Made by a program: the position numbers and the translations under genes
Notes under the pieces: generated by a model
Seen by the model: only the letters and a program-made list of their open reading frames with translations
The model's database searches: none
What the model was told of the DNA's origin: nothing
Assembly: GCA_030141605.1 (NCBI GenBank)
Contig: JAQGDQ010000269.1
Coordinates: forward strand, 186,001 to 250,000
DNA: 64,000 nucleotides
Origin: Tubiluchus corallicola
Lineage: Eukaryota; Animalia; Priapulida
Reading direction: 5' to 3'
Part shown: piece after piece, positions 13,501 through 25,500 of the stretch
Layout: each line of letters starts with the position of its first letter
How positions within the stretch are numbered: the stretch's first letter is position 1

Positions 13501-16500
13501 AGGTAATCGTGCACACCTTCTTGCCTGACATTGAAAAAAATGTTGTTGACATGTGTAACTCAACCCAGTAAAACAGTTCTGTTGGCCTAATTACTGACAA
13601 TACTTGCATGCGCCTTAATGTTGACAAGAATGTTTAACGTCATGTCTTATGACCTACCTAATGTTGACTCAGCCGTCACGTAATAGCCTGTGTACACGAT
13701 AGGTGAACTCGCTAAAGGTTCCGTTAATCTTGTTTACGTAGATAATGCATGGAAATTTCCCAACAGTTTAGCCATGTAAACGCGCTGTGTGAGCTACGAA
13801 TCTTAATCAATCTTAGCTGAATAGAGTTTTGGAAATCGTCGAAACGCAAGCAAGCCCGTTTAAGAGCTGTCTTTCTCATGACGACTTTACAGAGCTGAAA
13901 TATTCGCCTGTTTCGTGTGTTTTTGGATTGCAGAAGTTGTTCCCGATGTCCAAATTTTGCACAAACTAGAAATTATTTGCGTTAAGGCACATTCACACAT
14001 GAGCGGCTGTGGGAGTTGCATACGCTGTAGTACGTATTCGGTTAAAAACCTGCCGTAAAGTTTGCTGAATAGAAATTGTAAGACGGGCGAAGAGCTGATT
14101 GGTCAATAATCACCCTGTGTGCTTGACTATGAAGTTAAGCAGCGTCGCTAGGTTTGTTGGTAAATGGGAGGATAACTGGTTTTGAGAGGTTTCATCTGTC
14201 ATGCTATCGAGGGTGTACACACATCGAATGGCTAAACTAGGCTCTGTCGAATTAGTGTCCAATTTTAGATGAATATCCCTGATTGTAATTAGTTAGACCA
14301 GTCTGTCACGACCTTCAACCATCATTACTTTAGTAGAAGGTTCTGGATCTGGCTTATGTGTACAAAAAAACTATGTGAAAAACAGGGATATTTCAGTGTA
14401 CGTTAGGTTCAGTATAGTAGTAGTACTAGTATTTTTATTGTCGTTAAGATCAACAAGATTACATGTACATTTATAACAACGATAAGTACAACGCGCAATT
14501 TTACAAAAGACACTAGGAACAGCTGGTTATTCGCCTTCGGCGTTTTTCGTAATTGCAGAAGCTTCGTGCATGGTCTTTCTACAAGCTATAGAATAAGATC
14601 ACTGAAAGTATGCAGCCATAAAGTAAGTCATTCCTTTATGGCAGAAACACAGCAATAAAAAACGATAATGGTCAAAGGGGTATTGAAGGAAAACAAGAAG
14701 GGTCCAAGAAAGTTGGAGGGTTTTAATAAAGTACATTTCATCTCTCTGATCATGAAGCAAAACGTGCCCATGCCACTCTCTGCAATCTAAATTTCTATCT
14801 CTTGCTGCATCTCAAAAGCTTGATATCCTCTGATTTAACCTACTATCCACTACATAGATCTTTTTCTATTAGATCTAGGTCAGTGGTTCCCAAAGTAGGG
14901 GTAAAATACCCCCCGGGGGTAATAAAAATAATGTTTTTTGGGGGGGGGGGGTAACGGGCACCCCTCTGAAAAATTTTAAAACTTCGCTCGGAATGCATTT
15001 TACGTAGTTTTCTTCTTGAAGAGACTGCCTCCGACAGGCAACACTGTGTCATGGGGTCCATCATTCGCACGTTCCCACGATCTCTGGTGCGATCCTGGGG
15101 AGAAGTCAAAGTTCACGATTGTTTCTTTGGTTTCTTCTCTATCGACATTTCTGCACAGCGTTTAGAGAAAGCTAGGCCCCTTTTACTACATCTCTATCTT
15201 TTTGATACTAAGGAAAAGTAGATTTTGTTGTTGTCATTCATTTCTTCTTGTTTTCGTTTGTTCGAGTAATAATTACTCGAACGAACTTGCTCACTGAGTA
15301 ATGAGCAGGTTCAGTAATTGTAATTCTTGTTTTGGCAACAATACAACAACAACACCTGGAAATTTATTTATGTCACGAGCAAACATAAATAATTTTGCTT
15401 GCTTGTGGCATATACGTGTGTTTACTTTTTGAGTTGGAGAAGTAGTACTAGGTGGGGGGTAATGGACACGACCGGGTTTCCGGATTTGGGCAACGGTCCG
15501 AGAAAGTTTGGGAACCACTGATCTAGGTAATCTATTATCATAGTAGCATATTACTCTACAAATTTTGCTAAACTATAACACAAAAAATACACAGCAATGG
15601 CAATAAAAACTGTTAAAACATATTAAAATTCAAAAGATGTCAAGAAAAGATAACAATTTGATGACAAAATGTTAGCTAACTTAATTGTCACTTACATGAC
15701 TAATTTAAGAATGTCGCTTAAGAATTTTCTGCAGGTTAAAGAGTCAATGCCACGAAACTCCGGAACATTAGTTAAATTTAGATCGTATTTTTGTCAATTT
15801 GCAAACAGTAACGACGTGTTCTGCTTCACTGCGTCATCTTGCACTGCGTCACTGCAGGGTTACAGTCTTTGGTCGTGTGGGATAGGGGGCCTATGCCAAC
15901 TTTTAGTCTGTGAGAAGATAGAACAATTCAACTTAAGCTAATTCTAAGCGCATCTTAAATAGTAGATTCATAAATTTCATGTTGTTTTGCGGAGGGATTG
16001 CCGCGCTGAGCCGAATTGTTTGTCCGATAGGCTTCAATAGATAGACCATACTTTCAGATAACTTCCAGAGGAAAAGTTCTGCTTTTAACGAGTTGATGAA
16101 AGCTCATGGTAGGCGTATCTTAACTTATCTAGATCTAATAGAAAAAGATCTATATAGTGATACTAGTTAAATCGAAGGGTAACAACCTTTTGAGACGCAG
16201 TAAGAGATAGAAATTTATGAAGAAGAGAGTGGCATGAGCATGTTTTGCTTTATGATCAGAGAGATGTTCTTTATTAAAACCTTCCTACTTTCTTGGACCC
16301 TTCTGGTTTTCCTTCAATACCCGTTTGATCATTATCGTTTTTTACTGCTGTGTTTGTGCCATAAAGGAATGACTTACTTTATGGTTGCATACTTTCAGTA
16401 ATCTTATTCTATAGCTTGTAGAAAGACCATGCACAAAGCTGCTGCAATTACGAAAAACGCCAAAAGCGAATAACCAGCTGTTCCTAGTAGTAAATAGTAA

Positions 16501-19500
16501 CTTACAATTCGTGATAGTAATGTACATTGTACATGTTCAATATCGTGTAGTTGAATGTTTGTTCGTTGAAACGCAACTGACGATCAATGAATGCTGTTAC
16601 GATAATTATGCTGGTAATTAGTGGAAGCAGTTTTAATTCCATTCCCTCAGGCTCATCATTATGTGTTGTTGCCTCGGCGATCAGTGAAAGAATGATTAGG
16701 ATGGGAGAAAGAGAGAGGGAGAGCGAAAGAGAGATTGATTGAATACCTTTATTTCAGTTCAAAGTCCGTATTACAATAAAATACAAATCACGGTTAACAA
16801 ACAAACATTATACATATAAATCAATAATAGCAATTGTCGGTTAGTGGATTCTCACAATTAAATACAATTAATTAAGAGAGTGAGAGTACGCGAGAGCGAG
16901 CAAGCGAGGGAGAGAAACGAGGGGAGGGAGAGAGGAGAGGAAGAGAGAGAAAGAGACAGTAGAATTTTATGCTAATCTTAGTCACGTACTTCCTGCTGAA
17001 AAATTTGTTTACAGAAATTGACAAAAGGCGTCTCTCGATTTTAATTTGGTTTTGTGTACTTTATGTGATTTTGTGATTTAGTGCTGTTTTGACTTGTCAA
17101 CGCTCTATATTTTTGTAATGTACTAAATAAATTTAAAATAAAACAGTAATTAGTAAAACCAAGAATACATTCTTTTGGTTTCTGTAATTAGTAATACTCA
17201 TTTTCAAGTTCTGAATTTTTATTAAGAATACTGTGTATCACGCTGTAATTCGAGGTCGTTGTTCTTGCACAGCTTGCCTACTCTACCAACCTCACAATAA
17301 AACTCACGATTATAAATTTTACAAGCCAGCTATTCCGAGAAATAACTGACATTAGATTTCACGTAATAGGCAGCTTATACTTACATGCACTCCACTAATG
17401 CTGTGATTGCCCGACATGAAAGAGACTGAATTTCATTTTCCTTATTTATAGGCAAGACCTATAATTACGTATCGCACGGATAAACAAAGAAACCTGCAGT
17501 ATTAATTTTTTAAATGCCTGCAGCGAGAAACGTGCACAATTCATAAAAAGCTTGTAGTCTCCTGCTAAGGCAGTAGTTAGAGTGTTTAATTGTGTGTCTG
17601 TTCACAACTGTTGACAGTTTCTTGACAGAGAGATAAGTCAGGGCAACAGTTCGAAACCATTTTGATTCGTTCGAATAGTTAAGGTCACAAGATAAAAAAT
17701 GCTTGTAAAAAGAATGAAGCTGTAATCACCAAACTTGGCGTAGTGCACGGTCTGAGCATGACCTCGAAACCATTGCTTTTCCATTGTTTGAAGGATGTCA
17801 AAGATCATTGGCAGAAGATGAAAAAATGACAGAATAAAAAGGGTAGAATAATAATAATTTATTCTATACCATCATCATCATCACTGTATCATTACAACAA
17901 AAGGTTGAATTACAGCACAGCATAAAATTACAAAATATAAAAATCTTTAAAAGAATAAGCAAGGCAAAACATACAGCGACAAACACTCTTACACTGTTAC
18001 AAGACACATGAACAAAATAAATTAAAATGAATCTAAACTTATGTTTAAATAAACTATATAGAATAAAACTACTCTGGAATCTCTCTATTCTACATTTAGG
18101 TAAGGGGTATTTCGGATGGTGGCGTGTACAATACTTGTGAGTATACTCGTCTGGCAATAGAGTGTGGGTTATATTTTTTTATTATAACTCTTTATCGAAA
18201 ATATATATTTACAGATCCTTCTATTTGCAAGGATTATATTATTAGTGGATTATATTGTTAGGATTTTGAATTGGTAAGAACAACTTTCTTCAAGAATTTT
18301 CGTAACCGCTAAATAAAGGTTGAAGATTAGCCAAAATTACAGCATTTACATAGTTTTCATTTTTCGAAATTATTTTCAATGAGCGTTTCTGAACAGTTTC
18401 TTATATTATTGTTGTTGTCGTCATTATAATGTTACGCCAACTGGTTGTAATTTCATGGCAATGCATAAACTATTTATGCGCTTCACCTCCACGTGAAATA
18501 TCTACACTCATTTTCATGGTCATGCACTAGCTTGATTGCATGCAAACAGTCCTCATTATTCCTGATAGTCTTGCTGATTTTCATTTCTGTCTCAGTTAAT
18601 TAATCAAGAACGATTTGGCTTTTGTGTTTTCCCTCTCAGTCACAACCGCCTGCAGCTTGAGGCGAGTAATGGCGGCTCAGAACAGTCTCTGTAGACATTG
18701 GAAAATTACTGTTTGATTTACGTGACAATATCTGGGAATTTTCAACAGAAAGTGATAACGAGATTGAATAGCTACATTTCTGCTGGCATTTTAGACTGCT
18801 GAAGTTTTTACTCGTTTAATGATTATTGACTCAAGATTAAAAGGAAACCAGAAGAGAAATCGTTAATTTATGAGTAATAGATGTCTCTGGTTTTTTGGTG
18901 CTTCTCCTCGTTTGAGATATGTATTGGCAAACGTTTTCTTTATTTATTATCTTCAGTTTTCTTTCTAATTGGGTGTTGGTGACCGGCAGGGCCGAATTAT
19001 GACTTTTTGGGGACCCTCAGATGGTGCCACCCTCTAACTTGCCCCCACTCGTCTGGAATGTTTTTTACTTGTGATATGTTTCAGCAACATTTGCATAGCT
19101 GGGGCCATATTTTCAATAAAGAGTTTCAAAGAGAGGCGCTTTGTCTCAAATAAAAGGCCTCAAACAGGGATCCTTCATCTGAAGTGCTGAGCCACTTTAA
19201 AATTGAATTTTCAGGCTTCTGGCCTCCTCTTTTAAAGTTGAAATTTTATTTCACATATGAGTTTTTGAGTAATCCAGCCCTGGTGCAAAGCTTGAACGGC
19301 CTCAGGCTGCAGGCTGCACTAGCCTATAGGATCATCCAGCCCTGATGCAAAGCTTGAACGGCCTCAGGCTGCAGCCTGTACTAGCCTATGGGATAATCCA
19401 GCCCTGGTGCAAAGCTTGAACGGCCTCAGGCTGCAGCTTGCACTAGCCTATGGGATAATCCAGCCCTGGTGCAAAGCTTGAACGGCCTCAGGCTGCAGCC

Positions 19501-22500
19501 TGCACTAGCCTATAGGATAATCCAGCCCTGGTGCAAAGCTTGAGAGGCCTCAGGCTGCAGCCTGCACTAGCCTATAGGATAATCCAGCCCTGGTGCAAAG
19601 CTTGAGAGGCCTCAGGCTGCAGCCTGCACTAGCCTATAGGATAATCCAGTCCTGATGCAAAGCTTGAACGGCCTCAGGCTCCACCCTACAATAGCCTATA
19701 GGATAATCCAGCCCTGATGCAAAGCTTGAACGGCCTCAGGCTGCAGCCTACACTAGCCTAGGTGACAATCCAGCCCTGATGACCTGATGACTGGTAATAA
19801 AGACACAAGAAAAAGCCAGAATTTGGGCTAGGAAAAAGTAACACGAATAAAGTCATAATTAATTTATGGTGGCTGGAAAAAGTCACAATTTTGCTAGGAA
19901 AGTGATCGGGTAATCAAACAAAAATATTCAAGTCAGTCGCAATTTATTTAAGTACCAGTATCAGTTATTAACTGGCAATACATGTACATATTACATATAC
20001 ATACTTGTACATATTGGCAACACTATATATATGATGGCATTACATGTATGTGAAAAAAAAATCACGTTTTACTCAATATCTTTGGGTTAGGGTTAGGCAA
20101 AGGGGGTTAGGGGTTAAGGTTAGGGTCATTACCTTTCTCCTGTAGCTTTTTTCTGTTTCCTGTGACTTGTTACCTGTGAATTTATTACCTTGATTTATGT
20201 TTTTGGGTTCTTGTTATAATCTTGTTACGTTGATTTTTACATTGTCATATAAACCATGCAAAATGCAACGACTAAAAAGAAAGATTGACAGCCAGTTTTT
20301 AGATTCTGTTCAGTTCAGTATTTTAACCCTCTAATAAAACTCGACTGTTTTTTTTGTTTTTAGTAAAAAACCTAAAATATGTTTCATGCCTCATACCTAA
20401 CATCAAAAACAAGACAATGCAATACAAAAAATACAATACATTACAATACAATAGAATATAGTACAATGCAATACAACACAATGTATATAATGAATGTTAA
20501 AAAGTAATTTGTTTTGAACTGACGCCTTGGCTTCATTCAGTACTGGAATAGAAGTTGAATAAATTTTAAGTCTGTGGCACCAGGAATTCTACATGATAAT
20601 TAGTTGTACTTTGCTTTTCAGGCGGAAAACAATATGGAGTACGTTATTGAAGCTCAAGATATTGCAGACATGCGCGAGTGGCTAGCCACAATACGATACT
20701 GCATGCGACCACCAACGGTTACCCGTAGCAGTGCTGGTGGTGACAGCCCATTACTGTAAGTATAATTCATGCTGTCAGTGTAGTTCTTCTGTACGCCTAC
20801 TTCCAAGTTTTTATTCATTTTAATTTGCATGTTGAACTAAATTTTCACTAGTCTGGGAGAAGACATCCATATTGGATAGGTATTAGACTACTTGCATCAT
20901 CTGCTACACCATGCTCTATTTCTGAAAGGCAGAATAATCACATAAAACGGTGTTTAAATTAGATTTTGAGGCCATGCTTCAGGTGGAAAAAACACATTTG
21001 CAAAGGTGTAGTGCTTTTTGTAGCTCAAGAAGATTCATTTTTAGATGCAGACATGCTAAGCCCTGTGGTAAAAGTTAAGTAGGGGCCATCTTGAGATCAA
21101 ATTATTTCCTTCAATGCAGCATAAGTTTTTCAGATTTTATGGAAACCATTGTTGTTAACTGTATGAAGCAGAAGCATCTCTTTTTCTAGACTAATAGATA
21201 TCATTGTGAGGATGGGGAAGATTATGCTTGTATTAGAACCTGTGCGATTCAGTCATTTGTAAAAATACAAATATTGTTGTATTGATGTGATGCGGTATTG
21301 GATATTGTCAAACTATGCAAGCTCTCAACTCTTTACCTTGCCATTTCATCATATCCTTTGTAAGTTCCCCAAAAAAGTTAGCTCCCTTCATTTTGAGGAA
21401 CCTTCCTTTTTACATACCGTTTGGTGTAATTTCTCAAGGGTTTATCGCAGGTTTGCATTGATGTTTCAATAGGATTTATGCTGTCTGCACGTGCTGTTAT
21501 CATATTACCTGGAATCTTGCTGAGACAATCTGCTTAAGCCTTAATGGATTGATAGGGCCCCTCCATACTGGGTTTGACTTTTATCATGATGCATTTTTTC
21601 CCTATATTATTATTTCGACTTGGAAAAATATAAAAAAACTCTCTTTGTATAAAGAATAAAGTTAATTTCTCTTTTGGTTTTTTCAACATTATAACTAACT
21701 TTACTACATTATTACAACAGCCTAGCTTTCCCTATATTCCGAGAGGTATGCGCGCCGTTTTCTTTTAACAATTTACCACTTTTTAACTGCATTTACTTCT
21801 CTTAACTTGGTTGCTGGGGAGCTCTTAGCCAGCTTCCTGGAGGTACTTAACCAATTTAATTATCCCTCGTTAATTGCGTTTAATGTATTCTCGAGAGAGA
21901 GTCACATGTTCATTACTAAAGTTGCCGCTAGTCTTGTTGTGTATGACTAGTCTATGGTCTATTTCCCTAGGCAGATTACAGCAATTACTTGGGCTAGGTG
22001 GGGCTATTGGTTGTATAGTGGATATCGCTTAGAGTGGCAAACGTTTGTCACTAAGCGTCTCCTGATAGCAGTGAACAAATTGATGTTTTGTATAAATATA
22101 TTTTACATGCTTTATTAGGGGTAGGCAGAATAAATTAAATAACTAGGTGTTAAAATTAGATTTTGAGGCGATGCTTCATGTGCATTTCATATACATACAT
22201 ACATACATACATACATACATACATACATACATACATACATACATACATACATACATACATACATACATACATACATACATACATACATACATACATACAT
22301 ACTACATACATACATACATACATACATACATACATACATACATACATACATACATACATACATACAACATACATACATACATACATACATACATACATAC
22401 ATACATACATACATACATACATACATACATACATACATACATACATACATACATACATACATACATACATACATACATACATACATACATACATACATAC

Positions 22501-25500
22501 ATACATACATACATACATACATACCATGTGTTATGAAATGCACCTAAAACATTGCCTCAAAATCTAATTTTATCACCTAGTTATTTAATTCTTAACACAG
22601 GGCCATCTTAACAGCATTTGGCGCCGGGCAAAATTAGTACACTAGGACCCCTACCAATACAACCACTCACAAGAATCGAAATGTAAATGGCAGATAAAAT
22701 TAAACATGTTTGTTGTGTCCGTACTTCTAACAAAATCAGTGTTTAAACATTGAGAAATATGCTGTACAGCAAGAATCAATCAACACAAACGTGTTTAGTA
22801 TGGTATGGTGTGTATTCATTGACAGCAAGTCACAATATACATAGATTTGCATGGGGCCCCAATGTTCATGGACCCCAGGCAACAAAATCAGTGTTTAAAC
22901 ATTAAAAAACGTGCTGTACAACAAAAATTAATGAACACAAACACACAAATCAACACAGTCAACATTGCTATTAACTGTCATGTGAGTCGAAGTAACGTTG
23001 ACATAAACGCTTTTACATTATGTAGCTCATGAGATTCATATACATACATGCACGCGAAGTTACAGATGTGACCACGTCTAAATCCGAAAGCCAATGTCCA
23101 CTTGTCACACAATAACAAATATTTATAGTTTAGTATAGTACAGTATTTATTTACTGACGGCAAGTAACAACATACATAGATTAGCATGGGCCCCTATGCT
23201 AGTGGGGCATACATGTATATTTGGCATGCTACCATCTTACAAATATACAGTAATGGGCCGTTCAGCATTTTTGGTAACATGCCTATCAGCTTAGCTCATC
23301 GATATCGATCGATCACCAGTCGGATAAAATATGTAAATGTTGCTGTTATAGAAATTATTTTTAAATGTGTTGTTTTATCATTTATTTTACATGTGAAAAG
23401 ATTTATTTACTTTTCAGGGCTTTATTAATTTTATAAATAAAGTAAAATGAAAGCCAACTGTATCAATGGAAATGTGAAATCTTGCTGGGACTACATAAGT
23501 CAGTGTTTCTATATTGGTTCTCTTTATTACTGAAGATGCAGTGGAGGATTTTTGTCTTAGTTTTTCTCCCTGAACCACGTGAATTGTTGACAGGTGTTCC
23601 AGTTATGCTCAATAGTCATTTGCTGGGCAGTTACTCAGGAAAAAATCAAAATATAAATAATATGTGAATCACTGACTAGTGTGCTGCCTTCATACGTGGA
23701 TGCAACATAACGTACATTGTACCCCTGACATGTATTGTTTTAATGTTGGTTAATAAAGATTTATCTGTTTGTCTGTCTGTCTATCTGTCTTTTCTGCCTG
23801 CTTGCCTGCCTGCATACTTGCCTGCATGCCTGGTTGCTGACCTAGTATACAATTTTTATTTGTTCGCTCGTTCTGCTTTGTTGCTTCACGTTTGATCATT
23901 TTTATCTCTAATTTGCTGGAGTGTGTACAAAATGTACTTCTACAAAAATCCCGAAAACTCCAAATTGTTGTATTTCCTGTTTTTTTAAGTTGATAATGAA
24001 CAGGATTTCCTCAAATGCAGTATTTGAAGTTGGTATGTGAAAAAATGACATTCACTGATTCAAAATTGTGTCCTTAGTCTGGGATTACTAAGTGAATTGT
24101 TACTTTCCTCATACAGAATTACTACGCATTTTTGAATCTAGGATTTCGGAAAAAGTATTATGTTGTATGAATGTTAACATATCATTCAATATTCGTAGCA
24201 ATGTTAAATGTTTGGAATGCATGTAATTCGAACCCTGGACTACATAGTTGAACTCTGTCTTTATAATTAACATTAATCAACACTGACCTTGAAATCAAAT
24301 TCAGTAAATGTTACAAATATTAACTGCAGCATTTATGACGAAATTGTGCATGACTAAAATTTGTTAGGTAATCATTGATTGTTGTTTTTTTATAGGAGAC
24401 CAAGGGCACCCACAGCTCCGGAGTCCGATCTACATCGACTTCGAAGATGTAAGTTTGTCATTTGTTGTTTAGAAGTTTGGCTGAAATTAGACACATTTTA
24501 TAGATGATGTTTTTGAATGGAAAAGTTCATTATTAAAGGCGGCAAAAACGATACTTAGGGGTGAGTATATACTGTGCAGGTCATAAATGCAGAATTCTGC
24601 TGTACTATGTAGATCATAAATGCACAGTTCTGCTATACTGTGCAGGTCATAGATGCACAACTCTGCTGTGCTATGTAGGCTGTCCACTGATGTTTATGGG
24701 CAATATTGGTTAAATAAGTTGTTGACATCTGCTATTCGTTACACTTGAATTTCAGGAGGCAGTATGTTGATAACTAAAATCTATATTGTATTCTTGCAAA
24801 ATGGTGATGCATCTGCATGAGGAGTAAGGCACTCATTTTGTTCGTTGACATCTTCTTGAAGTATTCAACATTGCTGTAAAATTTGGAAAGAAATCCTTTC
24901 TCATTAAATACAAGAAAGTACCTTAGTAGCCATTAGTCTGTTTCTTTGGCTTGTATGAGGCAAACATTTGTAAAAGACAATGCAAGCCTTTCTTGCCTAT
25001 TGAACTTACTCTAGCCATATGTCGCTGAATTAGTATGATACTTGATTCAACTCTTGTTTTTTGCAGCTGCAGTTGATCGCGTGACAGAAACCGCATCTTC
25101 CGACATAGAGACTAATTCAACAAATGCTCCCGCAATTCCGCCTCGGACGCCAAATCACGGCCGTTTAGGTGCTAGCGGATTTCACTCTTTGCAGCGACAC
25201 CGTGGTCCATTGCACCTGAATCAGCTAGGGACGTTTCCGACGAGATCCGAGTCTGGATTAGGTACAAGTTTCGCCTAACAAAGTTTTGGTCATTGTTTTC
25301 ACACTTGCTTTCTTGTTTGTTTGCGTGCTAGCTAAAATACTTTGACTCTCTTTCCAACTTATTGTGTTTTAATGCTGTTTTTTAACTCATAATTCATGTG
25401 CAAGTAAAAATAATTCAAACTCAGATGCCAGAATTCTTCATCTGTTTTCTTCTTACTGTAAACATGTTTCGACTTCATCAGTAAATAGCAAATTCCACAT

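Noticed and set aside
19270-19778. Possible CRISPR array (also 6021-6425)
   Set aside because: The units are head-to-tail with no unique spacers, there are no cas genes, and the context is eukaryotic.
22147-22567. Five ORFs of YIHT/MYVC repeats
   Set aside because: They are translations of the (TACA)n microsatellite.
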